Shown here: in pieces, positions 9,201-19,076 of the stretch
How the letters are laid out: each line of letters opens with the position of its first letter
Position numbering within the stretch: the stretch's first letter is position 1
IMG/VR virus record: IMGVR_UViG_3300028888_000102
Source of the DNA: a virus
Lineage: Duplodnaviria; Heunggongvirae; Uroviricota; Caudoviricetes
Length of the DNA stretch: 64,000 bases
Strand: one strand, 5' to 3'
Notes under the pieces: generated by a model
The model's input: only the letters and a program-made list of their open reading frames with translations
Databases searched by the model: none
Told to the model about the DNA's origin: nothing
Program-made: the position numbers and the translations under genes

Positions 9201-9488
9201 CTAATTCAGTTTTTTACCCCATTTATTATTTAAGGTATCACCATATTTCTCATAGAACGACATTGCAGCCCACGTTCCAAAGAAATTCGTAAATCCCTGA
9301 ACAAGTATGGCAATCCATAAGTCATAGTCTGCTATGAATTTAATTACAACAGCACTGAACGTGTAAGTTATGCAGTTAGACAAACTAGCTAAAAACTTAG
9401 TAGACTTAATAACAAGGATGCTTCTAAGAATGTGAAGAAACACATTACAGAAGGCAACTGCTATATATATCAATATATTAACCAGCAT
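9201..9488 (-). CDS. membrane protein (95 aa)
   Basis: hydrophobic ORF. Confidence 0.5.
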   Translation of the reverse strand: MLVNILIYIAVAFCNVFLHILRSILVIKSTKFLASLSNCITYTFSAVVIKFIADYDLWIAILVQGFTNFFGTWAAMSFYEKYGDTLNNKWGKKLN

Positions 9489-9687
9489 TTTCTAATGGTA
9501 TAATTTTAACGTCTTCCCTTTCAAAACTTGTCCACATCCATGGGTCTAACAACAATTCCTTTACTTCTTCAGCGTCTTCGACAGAAGCAAAACGTTGTGC
9601 CTTTTCTTTGTCCAACGTAAATTCTGACCACATGTACCTATGATGCTGCTGTAGGTATGTTTGTTTTATCTTGATTATATATTGCAT
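9478..9687 (-). CDS. hypothetical protein (69 aa)
   Basis: ORF in tight array. Confidence 0.4.
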   Translation of the reverse strand: MQYIIKIKQTYLQQHHRYMWSEFTLDKEKAQRFASVEDAEEVKELLLDPWMWTSFEREDVKIIPLENAG

Positions 9688-9690
9688 GAC

Positions 9691-9897
9691 TTACTTAACA
9701 AGGCACTGTGCACCGAATAAGGATAGTGCGATTGGAAGCAATTTCTGTAAATCAAAAGAAGTTTCGCCACTTTGAACTGCACTTACGGCTTTCTTGAGTT
9801 CATTACCAAGTGTATCAATGTTGTTTTCTTTTGCTGCTTCATATAGCTTATAAAGTCCATATGCAACCAGCAGTTGGGTTATCAAATCTTTGCTCAT
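9691..9897 (-). CDS. hypothetical protein (68 aa)
   Basis: ORF in tight array. Confidence 0.4.
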   Translation of the reverse strand: MSKDLITQLLVAYGLYKLYEAAKENNIDTLGNELKKAVSAVQSGETSFDLQKLLPIALSLFGAQCLVK

Positions 9898-9898
9898 T

Positions 9899-10381
9899 TT
9901 ATTTCTGATTAATTTCTTTAATTAAGTTATCTAAAGCGTAATTGATTCCGTCAGATAATGCGGTATATTTTTTAGGTCTTCCTGTTGTGGTAATGTGTTT
10001 ATCCACACCTTTATTTTTAAAAAAAGTAAAAACGCTGGTACGCCAAGCGTATGAACTAACACCTGAAATCAATTCTGGAACAACAAGAATACCTTTCTCT
10101 GTTTCAAGCCAATCAATGACATCGTTAATCAATGGTGCTGAACAAACATCGTCACCAAAGATATCATCATTGTTTCTGTTCCAATGTTCATGAACCCAAC
10201 CACCTGGTATGCGTTCAATCTCTTTATCCTTTCCTTCGGACTTGAGTTCGTACTCCTCGTCTTCGTCAAGGTCTTTACCGTTATGACGGATTGCGGTACA
10301 CCAATACTGTCTGCACCACTCGTTATAACCCACTCTCTTCAGTTTCAACGACAACTTGTAATCACAAATTTCTACTTCCAT
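9899..10381 (-). CDS. hypothetical protein (160 aa)
   Basis: ORF with promoter-like CAAAggTA element upstream. Confidence 0.55.
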   Translation of the reverse strand: MEVEICDYKLSLKLKRVGYNEWCRQYWCTAIRHNGKDLDEDEEYELKSEGKDKEIERIPGGWVHEHWNRNNDDIFGDDVCSAPLINDVIDWLETEKGILVVPELISGVSSYAWRTSVFTFFKNKGVDKHITTTGRPKKYTALSDGINYALDNLIKEINQK

Positions 10382-10402
10382 TGTTTCTACATTTTAATTC
10401 TA

Positions 10403-10418
10403 TTGCAAAGGTAAATGA
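10403..10418 (-). promoter_or_regulatory. promoter-like TTGCAAAGGTAAATGA (rc TAccTTTG)
   Basis: 22 nt upstream of ATG 10381. Confidence 0.4.
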
Positions 10419-10456
10419 AATTCCTGAATTGACAAAATAAAATCTGTTAAATAAAG

Positions 10457-10876
10457 TTAAAGGCCAAGTCTCTTTTTAAGGCGATTATACTCTTCCAAAT
10501 CCGCTTCACGTTCTTTCCTCTTATTCTCCTGTTCTTCTTTCTTCTTGTTCTTCAACAGTTTTGAGACATAAGATTCAATTTCCTCATCACTAGCCACCAA
10601 AAGGTCAACGGGGAAATAACGAAATTCACATTCACCTTCACGGTCTTCTGTGCAACACTCTACACAAGGTTCCCAATTTTCTTCGTCATCAGTATACTGT
10701 TCAAGTGACATGTCGTGCATTACAACCCTGTATGTTAGTGAAAACCCCATCCATTTATAGTAATACCAATCGTCTACACCAGTGAGTTTCTTGGCAATCT
10801 CAGGTGCTCTCTCATCGAGAAAATCCTGCAATTTGTACTTTGCGTCAATCAGTTCATGTAATTCTGCTTTGTCCAT
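10457..10876 (-). CDS. hypothetical protein (139 aa), ASDEEI family, K/E-rich tail
   Basis: FPVDLLVASDEEIESY paralogous to FPMRLLFASDEEIDNF of 16255..16554. Confidence 0.55.
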   Translation of the reverse strand: MDKAELHELIDAKYKLQDFLDERAPEIAKKLTGVDDWYYYKWMGFSLTYRVVMHDMSLEQYTDDEENWEPCVECCTEDREGECEFRYFPVDLLVASDEEIESYVSKLLKNKKKEEQENKRKEREADLEEYNRLKKRLGL

Positions 10877-10880
10877 TTTT

Positions 10881-11000
10881 TCAATCGTTTATATTGTTGT
10901 TCCGTTTATAACTTGCCACACCGATGTACACACCAATAAATGCACCTATTATGATGCCTATTAGTATACCGCCAATAAAAATTCCAAAATCTGCTCCCAT
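10881..11000 (-). CDS. candidate 39-aa single-TM peptide
   Basis: rc ATG 11000; MGADFGIFIGGILIGIIIGAFIGVYIGVASYKRNNNIND; fills gap between genes. Confidence 0.25.
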   Translation of the reverse strand: MGADFGIFIGGILIGIIIGAFIGVYIGVASYKRNNNIND

Positions 11001-11002
11001 GA

Positions 11003-11329
11003 TTATCTTTCTGTCTCTAAGTCAAACTGAAGTCTATCTTTATTTTTTGTCTCCCTTGACTTTGTAAGACGTTCAAGTTGTGACATATTGAAGACGAAAC
11101 CGCACACCTTGTTATAGGACAACTTATCACCTGCCTGATAGTTTTTGATAACTTGCGGCCCAACATTGACCTTCTTGAAGGCACTTTCTTCAAGGAAGGA
11201 TATGAAATGGAACTCACGACTATCTGTACGATAACCCATATCCGTTACCTCTTCAATACGCATGACATTATCACCAAAAGTTGTGGTGATGAAGTCCAAC
11301 TCCTTAAATGAGTGTTCGTTCTTATCCAT
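11003..11329 (-). CDS. hypothetical protein (108 aa)
   Basis: ORF. Confidence 0.5.
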   Translation of the reverse strand: MDKNEHSFKELDFITTTFGDNVMRIEEVTDMGYRTDSREFHFISFLEESAFKKVNVGPQVIKNYQAGDKLSYNKVCGFVFNMSQLERLTKSRETKNKDRLQFDLETER

Positions 11330-11342
11330 GTTTAATATCTTT

Positions 11343-11828
11343 TTAATAAATGTATACCCTATCTGTTAATACCCATACAGCATCACCGTTAATATCACTA
11401 TGCACAAAAGATAAAATGTCTTTGTTTTTGATGTTGTACTTCTTCATTTTTTCGTGTAAATCAGACTCACTTTTGAAACGCATCTTACGAGGAACGCGGG
11501 TATCAACTTCTTCTTCATCGCCATCAAACGGTAATGAACTTATAGATTCAAACATTCGTTTCTGTTCGGGTGATGCTTCTTCAAAAAGGTTAGTGTATGC
11601 AACGCAATCCTCAAAGTCATCATCTTCGCTGTCCCAAGTACGTCGACCTGCACTAATTAACCTCTTAGTATATGGCCACCCGTTGTCATCAATACGTGAT
11701 AACAAAAAGATAACACTATGATTTTTTGTAAGGGTACAGATGGTACCTGGTTTAATATTATTTTTCATATTTCTTTTTGAGACGTTCATATTCTGCACGT
11801 TCCTTTTCTTCCTTTCTCTTCTTTGCAC
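11343..11828 (-). CDS. hypothetical protein (up to 161 aa; true start probably internal near 11768-11789)
   Basis: 5' 70 nt overlap upstream gene. Confidence 0.5.
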   Translation of the reverse strand: MQRRERKKRNVQNMNVSKRNMKNNIKPGTICTLTKNHSVIFLLSRIDDNGWPYTKRLISAGRRTWDSEDDDFEDCVAYTNLFEEASPEQKRMFESISSLPFDGDEEEVDTRVPRKMRFKSESDLHEKMKKYNIKNKDILSFVHSDINGDAVWVLTDRVYIY

Positions 11829-12291
11829 GTTCTATTGCCTCTTGCCTCTTCTGACGTTTGAGTTCTTTGGTGCGCTCGATACCTGCCTTGATTTCAGCAA
11901 TTCGTTCATTTGCCCAAGCGTCAAGTTCCTCATCACTCATACAAAGGCGTTTTGTTTCAAACTTGCCGGCTTCATAGATAGTACAGTCATCGTATGACTT
12001 TGATATACCCCACCAATAACACCATTTACCTTCAATACGGTAACATTCAGCATAGTTAGCATCATCACCGCAATGATACCAATCCCATTCATCGTCAATA
12101 TACACATATTTGCGTTTGCTGTATTCACCTCTATGGTTTCTACCATCAGCCTCTTGAATTCTGGCAATTCTGTCAGCAACTCGGTCTCCATCAATGCGGA
12201 TTTGTTCCTCTAACCTTTCAATCTCTTTCTTGTATTGACTATAAATGTTTAATTCTGCTTGTGTCATAATTTTACTAATTTTACCCCACAA
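11758..12291 (-). CDS. hypothetical protein (177 aa) with K/E-rich C-terminal tail ERAEYERLKKKYEK
   Basis: ORF; tail shared with 17500..17919 and 10457..10876. Confidence 0.55.
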   Translation of the reverse strand: MWGKISKIMTQAELNIYSQYKKEIERLEEQIRIDGDRVADRIARIQEADGRNHRGEYSKRKYVYIDDEWDWYHCGDDANYAECYRIEGKWCYWWGISKSYDDCTIYEAGKFETKRLCMSDEELDAWANERIAEIKAGIERTKELKRQKRQEAIERAKKRKEEKERAEYERLKKKYEK

Positions 12292-12329
12292 AGATAGAAT
12301 AACTTTTTATAACGACAAAATAAATTAAG

Positions 12330-12638
12330 TTAAAAAACCCTAATTTCTGTCTTCTTGCATTCATATTCTGAGCCATCATAGATGCAACTCTTAACCCATT
12401 CACTCAAATTTGGTGAATTGGAAAAACCGTGATATTCAATATCCAGCATTTCATACATCTTTGAATCATCACCTTTCATCCTAATGAAATGTATATGTCT
12501 TGGGTCTCCTGTATCACCATGTATAAACGGTCTAACGCCGTCACGCTCAAGTTCGCCAAGAAGTTCATAAACTTTATTGCACTTCTCAACCTGTTTCTTT
12601 GTAAGTTTCTTTACCGGTATATTGTTCGCCATAACCAT
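12330..12638 (-). CDS. hypothetical protein (102 aa)
   Basis: ORF. Confidence 0.5.
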   Translation of the reverse strand: MVMANNIPVKKLTKKQVEKCNKVYELLGELERDGVRPFIHGDTGDPRHIHFIRMKGDDSKMYEMLDIEYHGFSNSPNLSEWVKSCIYDGSEYECKKTEIRVF

Positions 12639-12938
12639 TCAATATCTTCTAAGCATTTCTTCATCAACAGTTTCAATCAGTTCTCTTAGCATTTGCTGGC
12701 CAGTTGCTGTAACCTGTTCTGCTTGTTTTCTTTTAAACTCGCTTAGTTCTGTTAGCCAATCGGCAAGTTGTTTATGCTCATTTGCACACTCTTTATTATC
12801 ACAAGTTTCAGCGACTTCATTTGCATGATTAATTGCTTCCTGTAAATTCATCATCTTTTTTAGATTTATTATTTGCATTAATGAATTTAGCACTCTGTTC
12901 TTCTGACAAAGGATAAAATAATTGATTGTCAAAGGCAT
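12639..12938 (-). CDS. hypothetical protein (99 aa)
   Basis: ORF abutting upstream gene. Confidence 0.5.
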   Translation of the reverse strand: MPLTINYFILCQKNRVLNSLMQIINLKKMMNLQEAINHANEVAETCDNKECANEHKQLADWLTELSEFKRKQAEQVTATGQQMLRELIETVDEEMLRRY

Positions 12939-13194
12939 AATATTCTACCCAAACAATACTATCTTTCTCATAAAAATTTACCCTATAACTTTCTAATACG
13001 TATGTTTTAACTGGAATAAGTACTTCAGTTGGTGTTTCTTTCTTTTGTTGATTATTTTCCCTAGTGCATGAAAGATAAATGGGCACACAAATCATCATGA
13101 GTAACACTGGTGTCCAACATAGTGGATTCCAAGGATAATAACCTTTAGGTTCATTTACTTCTCTACTGAACAAATATTTAAATAACTTTTTCAT
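12829..13194 (-). CDS. membrane/lipoprotein-like protein (121 aa)
   Basis: hydrophobic segment PVLLMMICVPIYLSC. Confidence 0.45.
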   Translation of the reverse strand: MKKLFKYLFSREVNEPKGYYPWNPLCWTPVLLMMICVPIYLSCTRENNQQKKETPTEVLIPVKTYVLESYRVNFYEKDSIVWVEYYAFDNQLFYPLSEEQSAKFINANNKSKKDDEFTGSN

Positions 13195-13538
13195 AATTCT
13201 TCTCCTGTATTGACATTAATACCTAACATCTCATTAAATGCACCACCCATAAGCACTCTGTAAAGCAAATGTGGCCTTCTCAATTCTTTTCCGGTTCCAG
13301 GTGTAATTGACATACCAGGCTCAATATTAATCCTTTTCTTCTTATAGCAAAGATAGATTTCATAACCCTTATCAATCAAATCAAAAGTAAAGTGGGTCAT
13401 ATCTGTTGTATGTATTTCCTCAACACCATTATTGATTAATACACTTGTGTCTAAATACGACTTTGCACAAGAGAACTTGCTGTCATCAAACAATAACGGC
13501 ATACTGCCATTATCAATGTGGAAATAAATCTTTTTCAT
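13191..13538 (-). CDS. hypothetical protein (115 aa)
   Basis: ORF, 4-nt overlap. Confidence 0.5.
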   Translation of the reverse strand: MKKIYFHIDNGSMPLLFDDSKFSCAKSYLDTSVLINNGVEEIHTTDMTHFTFDLIDKGYEIYLCYKKKRINIEPGMSITPGTGKELRRPHLLYRVLMGGAFNEMLGINVNTGEEL

Positions 13539-13547
13539 TTTTTAGTT

Positions 13548-13919
13548 CTAAATTAAATAAATAATTGAAACAATAAGGATTAAGGCATTTGCAATCATCT
13601 GAGCAGTGCCGTAGTTTGCGATTTGTTGTGAAATTTCTGAGGGGTTTCGCCCTTCTTTCAAAACATATCCATCTTCCATTGGAACAAAATACTCACTAAG
13701 TATGTATTTGTTCAATACAGTGATTGAAATGCAATACAGGTATTCAAATCCAAGATAAGTGAAACCCAATTCAAAGGACGTTTTACAATCATGTTGCATT
13801 AAAAGTGACAGGATAATCACCAATACAGCGATAAGTTTTCCTGTATTTCTTGCATTTGCTGAATGACGTGCAATAATGTTGTTAACGTAATCGGCATCTT
13901 TACTTCTTTCTGTTTTCAT
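13548..13919 (-). CDS. membrane protein (123 aa)
   Basis: hydrophobic helices. Confidence 0.5.
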   Translation of the reverse strand: MKTERSKDADYVNNIIARHSANARNTGKLIAVLVIILSLLMQHDCKTSFELGFTYLGFEYLYCISITVLNKYILSEYFVPMEDGYVLKEGRNPSEISQQIANYGTAQMIANALILIVSIIYLI

Positions 13920-13961
13920 ACTTCTTAAATTTTGTCATTAGGAAAATATTTACACAAACTC

Positions 13962-14237
13962 TCATCTATTTTCATTTATCTTTGAATCGGGGCAATCGAA
14001 ATAATCCAAGCAACCTTTACATTCGTTCAGTGAAATATACATCTCCAATGCTGGACAATACCACATTTCCTCGACATCTTTTTGTTCAATAACGGGTTCT
14101 TGCCCTTCTTCATGAATTAACTTATTTATTTCATCTGACGTTTTTGACACACCACTAAGCATAAAGCCAATAATTATAATTGGCAACACGATGAATAAGA
14201 TAAAAAGTATCACCAATGTAATTTCAATTGCACTCAT
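13962..14237 (-). CDS. membrane protein (91 aa) with Cys-rich C-terminus
   Basis: N-terminal TM helix; CPALE..CKGC..CPD. Confidence 0.5.
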   Translation of the reverse strand: MSAIEITLVILFILFIVLPIIIIGFMLSGVSKTSDEINKLIHEEGQEPVIEQKDVEEMWYCPALEMYISLNECKGCLDYFDCPDSKINENR

Positions 14238-14338
14238 TCTCGTTTTCTATTTCGATTGTTTCACCAAGTGACTTACCATCGTAATGCTTTTTGAACCACT
14301 CACTTTCACCAATCCGTTTATAACGTTCACTGTATTTT

Positions 14339-15025
14339 TTATTGCTCATACCTGTGAAAATAATCATTGTCATACACTTCAAACCACCATTCGTAAGACC
14401 AATTGTCGACATAGATTTCAAAATTGCTATCTTCATGCTTCGAAATCTTGTATCTATCATCAATTAATTCATGGTCTGCGTCGGGTTTTCCTTTAAGCGT
14501 TATTTTAGTGTCTTCAAGCCATTTAATCTCTTTGTCAACGAGATTCTTCCACCTTTTATCAAGTTCTGATTTGTCCCTTGTGATAAAGACTATGCTTTCT
14601 GAAGACCCTGAATACGGGTCGTCAAATTCGAAGGAACTTTTCATGATTACATAAAACTTCTCATCATGATTCTTCAAACTTAAAAGTCTTTCAACATCCT
14701 TATCGGTATGCCCATCAAAAGGTTTGGCTTTATCAATCTCTTGGCATTCAAACATGTCCCAGTCCTTTAACTCATAATGATATGAGTAAGGGCCATCAGG
14801 TGTCTCAATACATACAAGAAACCAATCACCGCCAAAACATTCTTCACCATCCTCATGCCTCTTGGTTTTCCAACACATGTCTTTATTCAGATTAACAAGC
14901 GAGGCAAACAATACAAGCCGTTGATGATATAGTGAATCAAACGTATGATAACCATCACTCAGTTCACCAATTGTATCAATGTTATTCAACTGGTGAAGTA
15001 TAATGTCTTTGTCCTTCTTTTTCAT
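14339..15025 (-). CDS. hypothetical protein (228 aa)
   Basis: long ORF; overlapping 14224..14463 judged spurious. Confidence 0.55.
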   Translation of the reverse strand: MKKKDKDIILHQLNNIDTIGELSDGYHTFDSLYHQRLVLFASLVNLNKDMCWKTKRHEDGEECFGGDWFLVCIETPDGPYSYHYELKDWDMFECQEIDKAKPFDGHTDKDVERLLSLKNHDEKFYVIMKSSFEFDDPYSGSSESIVFITRDKSELDKRWKNLVDKEIKWLEDTKITLKGKPDADHELIDDRYKISKHEDSNFEIYVDNWSYEWWFEVYDNDYFHRYEQ

Positions 15026-15339
15026 CTTCTATTGTCGTAAATCTTAGGTAAACGTGAGATAAGTGTTTGTTTAACGGATTCTTTAACAGCACCCCAACTT
15101 TCGGGGAAAGACTCGTCTATTGCATTTTCTAATACAGCAATTGTTTTGTCTTTCATTGTAGCCGCACCCATTATGAACGAGTGTGCGATATGTTCTTCAA
15201 TACAATCAAGATAGCCATTATCATATGTATTCAATTCTGTGCTACGATTATAATGCTTTTTGGCATACTCAAGTTCAATGTGTGCATATTCTTCTGCCAC
15301 ACTTTTTATTGGTTTTAGTTTGTCATCTTCCATATTCAT
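15022..15339 (-). CDS. hypothetical protein (105 aa)
   Basis: ORF. Confidence 0.5.
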   Translation of the reverse strand: MNMEDDKLKPIKSVAEEYAHIELEYAKKHYNRSTELNTYDNGYLDCIEEHIAHSFIMGAATMKDKTIAVLENAIDESFPESWGAVKESVKQTLISRLPKIYDNRR

Positions 15340-15394
15340 GCTACAAAGATATAAAATTAAAAAAAAACTAACAAATTTATTGTGTTAAAAAATG

Positions 15395-15682
15395 TTATCC
15401 ACAGAAAATACATCTGATTGTCGGTCCATATGTGTGTTCGTCAAATGTCAATGCATCATGCATCGCACTATACGGAAATATACGGAAACCTTTTCCGTTT
15501 GGCTCAAAATCAACCTTTATTCTTTCATCTGTGTCAAATGAATCAATCTTTTCTAAATGCTTTGGTTTATCATTTAACATGTCTTCAAGACTATCAAACG
15601 CTTTAAGAACCGCTGTATGCCAACCGTCCTTATCTTTTCCACGTTTTCCACAAGGTGTTATTGTTATATACTTTGCAACCAT
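15395..15682 (-). CDS. hypothetical protein (95 aa)
   Basis: ORF. Confidence 0.5.
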   Translation of the reverse strand: MVAKYITITPCGKRGKDKDGWHTAVLKAFDSLEDMLNDKPKHLEKIDSFDTDERIKVDFEPNGKGFRIFPYSAMHDALTFDEHTYGPTIRCIFCG

Positions 15683-15723
15683 TTATTCCTCATTTTCATG
15701 AATTTTTTCTTTGTTTCCGTATA

Positions 15724-15978
15724 TTACCTCATATTTTTTTGATACTTATCATATATTTCAGCAGTCTTTCTCTCCCTTAGTTCTACTAATTCTTCATAGA
15801 ACTTTGGGAGTCTTTCGTCATTAATATGACGCGCTTTAAATAGTTTTATGAGTTTGGTTATAGGGCTTCTGACCTGTTTCGGTTCTTCACAAGATTCAAT
15901 ACAGCGTACAACAAAATCGTAATCTGCATAAAAACAAGGTTCAGTCAATTCTGCAAACGTTTTCTCTTTCATCGTCAT
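15724..15978 (-). CDS. hypothetical protein (84 aa)
   Basis: ORF. Confidence 0.45.
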   Translation of the reverse strand: MTMKEKTFAELTEPCFYADYDFVVRCIESCEEPKQVRSPITKLIKLFKARHINDERLPKFYEELVELRERKTAEIYDKYQKNMR

Positions 15979-16258
15979 CCATTAAGTTATTCATTAGGTC
16001 AAAAAATCCGCAGTTTGAGCACAGGGCATAATACATTGCAATTTCAACGTCTTTAGACATTACGTCTTGCTCAATAATATCATCAAGTTTAAAGTTATGA
16101 ACAGCATCATAAACTTCTTTCGCCTTATTATAATAATCTTCCTTTGAGATACCTATACGTTCCCAATCTTTATTGGTTCTTAGCAGGTCTCTTCCTGAGT
16201 GGTCATCGGAAACTATCCATCCTATTATATTTTGTTCTTCTTTTGTAAGCATAATCAA
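15941..16258 (-). CDS. hypothetical protein (105 aa)
   Basis: ORF. Confidence 0.5.
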   Translation of the reverse strand: MIMLTKEEQNIIGWIVSDDHSGRDLLRTNKDWERIGISKEDYYNKAKEVYDAVHNFKLDDIIEQDVMSKDVEIAMYYALCSNCGFFDLMNNLMDDDERENVCRID

Positions 16259-16554
16259 AAATCTTTTTTAAAGTTGTCAATCTCTTCATCGCTTGCAAAC
16301 AACAACCTCATTGGGAATCTAAATGTTATGTAACACCATTCACCACTTGCGCCAGGAAGATTCTTACTTTCAAACCATGAACTTTTACATTCTACGTACT
16401 CACCGTCCCTGGTAATGCTATAGGATGTAACATAGTATTTGTTTGGATTAAGATATCCAATCCTATCAACTACTGCAGGTGCCTTATCCTCAACAATTGA
16501 TTGTAATTTTACATAAGAGGCAATGAGTTCACGCATTTCTTCCATTTGTTCCAT
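16255..16554 (-). CDS. hypothetical protein (99 aa), ASDEEI family
   Basis: paralog of 10457..10876. Confidence 0.5.
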   Translation of the reverse strand: MEQMEEMRELIASYVKLQSIVEDKAPAVVDRIGYLNPNKYYVTSYSITRDGEYVECKSSWFESKNLPGASGEWCYITFRFPMRLLFASDEEIDNFKKDF

Positions 16555-16558
16555 AATA

Positions 16559-16888
16559 TTAAGTTTTAATTACCTTTTTATTTTCCTCATCCCACTTATA
16601 TCCTTCTTTCTGCATTACCTTAAAAAGGTCTTGCTTTTCTTCTTCGGTGGCCAGTCTAAGCGAATCCTCATCAAGTAAAAAACAAGTGGCATTTACCCAA
16701 AGAGTGTTAGGATAAACAAGCAGAGCATAGTAATGCATATGTCCCTCATATGGTTTATACCACTCATCGAAAATGATTATCCAAGTTAACAAATCTTCGG
16801 CTTCGTAAACCACAATGTCGCCGTTTTTAATGTCATCAACAGACCAATTTTCCGAATCATTCATTTTCTCTGACTTTTTTAATCTCAT
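16559..16888 (-). CDS. hypothetical protein (109 aa)
   Basis: ORF. Confidence 0.5.
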   Translation of the reverse strand: MRLKKSEKMNDSENWSVDDIKNGDIVVYEAEDLLTWIIIFDEWYKPYEGHMHYYALLVYPNTLWVNATCFLLDEDSLRLATEEEKQDLFKVMQKEGYKWDEENKKVIKT

Positions 16889-17237
16889 TTACATATTCCC
16901 AAGCCTCGTCAAAATGACTTGCAATGGCTAATTTTAGTTTGTGCATCTCACGTTTGTGTTGTGTCTCATTCCATTCCATCCGCTGTTCATATTCTTCCAT
17001 TGTTTCCCACCTATAATAGCCAATGATAATGGACGGATAATCTCTGTCACTTTGGTCAATATATGTTTTTAACGAGTTTGCGTCAACACCACCGTTATCC
17101 AATATCTTTTCAGTGACTTTCGTAATCTCAAAAACCAAATTTTTGGGACTTATTGGCTCATCATCGTATGATACCCATACAGTTTCTTCTTTTGAAAGTT
17201 TAATCCTGTTTTTTAAGTATTCTTCTTGTGTAACCAT
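16857..17237 (-). CDS. hypothetical protein (126 aa), MVTQEEYLKNR family
   Basis: N- and C-termini paralogous to 46087..46458 (MNVTQEEYLENR...EEIRKERSL). Confidence 0.5.
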   Translation of the reverse strand: MVTQEEYLKNRIKLSKEETVWVSYDDEPISPKNLVFEITKVTEKILDNGGVDANSLKTYIDQSDRDYPSIIIGYYRWETMEEYEQRMEWNETQHKREMHKLKLAIASHFDEAWEYVNEIKKVRENE

Positions 17238-17239
17238 GA

Positions 17240-17503
17240 TTATAACTCATTAAGCCAACCTTCCCTGAAAGCGGCAAACACCTTTCTTTGTTCCTCCTTA
17301 CCCTGAAACTTCATAATGGTTTCATTCGTACTGAATGCGCCCTTTACGGCTTCAAGGTTTTCTTCATCACTCTTATTGTCATCCCAAAACCCTTCAACAA
17401 TGTCTGGGAAATACTTTTCGGCAAAGTCAGCCGCACCAAGTTTGAACATTGTCTGACATATCCTTACGAATTCGTCGACCTTTTCTAAAATCTTCTTTTT
17501 CAT
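17240..17503 (-). CDS. hypothetical protein (87 aa)
   Basis: ORF. Confidence 0.5.
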   Translation of the reverse strand: MKKKILEKVDEFVRICQTMFKLGAADFAEKYFPDIVEGFWDDNKSDEENLEAVKGAFSTNETIMKFQGKEEQRKVFAAFREGWLNEL

Positions 17504-17919
17504 TCTCCGTATTTTTCTTTTAATCTTTTTAACTCGGCTCTTTCTCTCTTCTCAATTTCGGATAATTCGTCTGCTTCTTTTTTGGCAACCAAACCTTTGA
17601 CACGTTCAACTTGCGTTTTTAGGTCTTCTGAAAGATTGATTGTCAGCACAATATAATCATCACCGTTGCTATAAGCCTTATTGAAATCCACACTGTTGCT
17701 GCCAAATGTCACATAGCACCAACTGAAAAAATTATTTGGATACATTTCATAATGGTCTTTGCAGTGCTGAATGAGAGTTTCCCATCCGTCAATCTTTTTA
17801 AGTTCTTCCAAAAGTTTGTAAGCCAAAGCCTCAATCTCTTTTGTCTTGTCGCTTAATGCAATTTTCAATTTGTAAGCGTCACCGATATTGGTTAATAGCT
17901 GTCCTTGTGTCTTGTTCAT
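17500..17919 (-). CDS. hypothetical protein (139 aa; start re-set to ATG 17919, MNKTQGQ)
   Basis: ATG 17919..17917 sits 1 nt after TAA of upstream gene (17921..17923); track N-terminal extension to 18153 judged spurious. Confidence 0.5.
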   Translation of the reverse strand: MNKTQGQLLTNIGDAYKLKIALSDKTKEIEALAYKLLEELKKIDGWETLIQHCKDHYEMYPNNFFSWCYVTFGSNSVDFNKAYSNGDDYIVLTINLSEDLKTQVERVKGLVAKKEADELSEIEKRERAELKRLKEKYGE

Positions 17920-17920
17920 A

Positions 17921-18661
17921 TTAAAAACCTGATTGAGATGAATAAAATCCTTCACCTTCAATGTGGGCACTACGATATTTCCGCCCATCTTCTTCGTCGA
18001 TATGCTCTTCAACAACATATCTAATTGGTCCGGTATAGTTTTCGATAATGCAAGCGCACCTATCATGTGATTTGCACCACTCAAGTTTCTCGGCAGGGAT
18101 TTTAGAAGAATCATAAACAGCAACCATGCCCGCATCGGCACAGAAACTGCCATAAGAATATTTCTTCTTATACTCTGCTTCTTTTTCGTCGTACTCTTTT
18201 TTCAATTTATCCTTTTCCTGTTCGGTTAGGTTTTCAAAATTCCACCTTTTCCACCAATCTCCGTAGAAAGTGTCCCACTCATTGATAATGTGCTCAATAT
18301 CTTCCTTGTTGCCCTTATAAACTCGGCAAGACCAATCACCATATAGAGTATTCTTTACGATGTATGGTTCATATTCATTCTTCCAATCCTCACATTCGCT
18401 ATCGCTGACATAACATGGGTCAGTGATAATAATGGTCTTGTTCTCAACGTGGACTTCGTTTTGTGGTGTTTCAATGGAATCAAGCCATCGTCTTTCATCT
18501 TCAATGCGCCTCTGACGTTCATGCTCTTTATATTCGTCAGACTGTAGGTAATCCCAAAATGATTCCTTTTGTTCTTCTGTCAACGAATTTAGCCAATCAA
18601 GGGTTTCTTTAATTGACAAATTTTCAAATTCTTCTGCTAGTTTTTTGTTTGTTTCAGTCAT
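17921..18661 (-). CDS. hypothetical protein (246 aa), Cys/Trp-rich
   Basis: long ORF. Confidence 0.55.
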   Translation of the reverse strand: MTETNKKLAEEFENLSIKETLDWLNSLTEEQKESFWDYLQSDEYKEHERQRRIEDERRWLDSIETPQNEVHVENKTIIITDPCYVSDSECEDWKNEYEPYIVKNTLYGDWSCRVYKGNKEDIEHIINEWDTFYGDWWKRWNFENLTEQEKDKLKKEYDEKEAEYKKKYSYGSFCADAGMVAVYDSSKIPAEKLEWCKSHDRCACIIENYTGPIRYVVEEHIDEEDGRKYRSAHIEGEGFYSSQSGF

Positions 18662-18673
18662 GTTTTATTGTGT

Positions 18674-19072
18674 TTATTTAATTGTTTTCTCCCAATATTG
18701 TGTAACCAAGCAATCAGAACTGTCCCAAGTGTCAAGTATATCACCATCTCTGCAGCATACAACATGGTTATTCACCTTACACAGAAAAACTTTTCTTTCC
18801 TTTTTCGATTGATTTGCAATATCCTTAACCTTCTTTTCGCCCGTCTTACATTTCTTAACGCTTTTAAATCCAAGTTCTGTAATTACCTTTTTGTAAGCCA
18901 ACATATCATTTGGCATTACACATTCAGCAAGTCCTACCTTAGTTAGAAGTTTATAAACCTCATGCCATCCCTTTCCTGTCGCTGCACATATTGAACGCAC
19001 GGTGCAATCAACATGTTTCCACCTTTTATTCTTTCCATCATATATTGGATTAGGATTAAAATACTTAAACAT
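18674..19072 (-). CDS. hypothetical protein (132 aa)
   Basis: ORF. Confidence 0.5.
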   Translation of the reverse strand: MFKYFNPNPIYDGKNKRWKHVDCTVRSICAATGKGWHEVYKLLTKVGLAECVMPNDMLAYKKVITELGFKSVKKCKTGEKKVKDIANQSKKERKVFLCKVNNHVVCCRDGDILDTWDSSDCLVTQYWEKTIK

Positions 19073-19076
19073 GACC

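Noticed and set aside
14224-14463. 79-aa minus-strand ORF overlapping 14339..15025 in another frame, plus similar shadow ORFs on the plus strand (e.g. 9942..10193, 12489..12828, 38876..39112)
   Set aside because: Shadow frames inside longer ORFs with a coherent operon structure; no independent start context.
17919-18153. N-terminal 78 codons of track ORF 17500..18153 overlapping 17921..18661
   Set aside because: The overlap region reads as low-quality hydrophobic sequence. An ATG at 17919 sits 1 nt after the upstream TAA and gives a clean non-overlapping gene.
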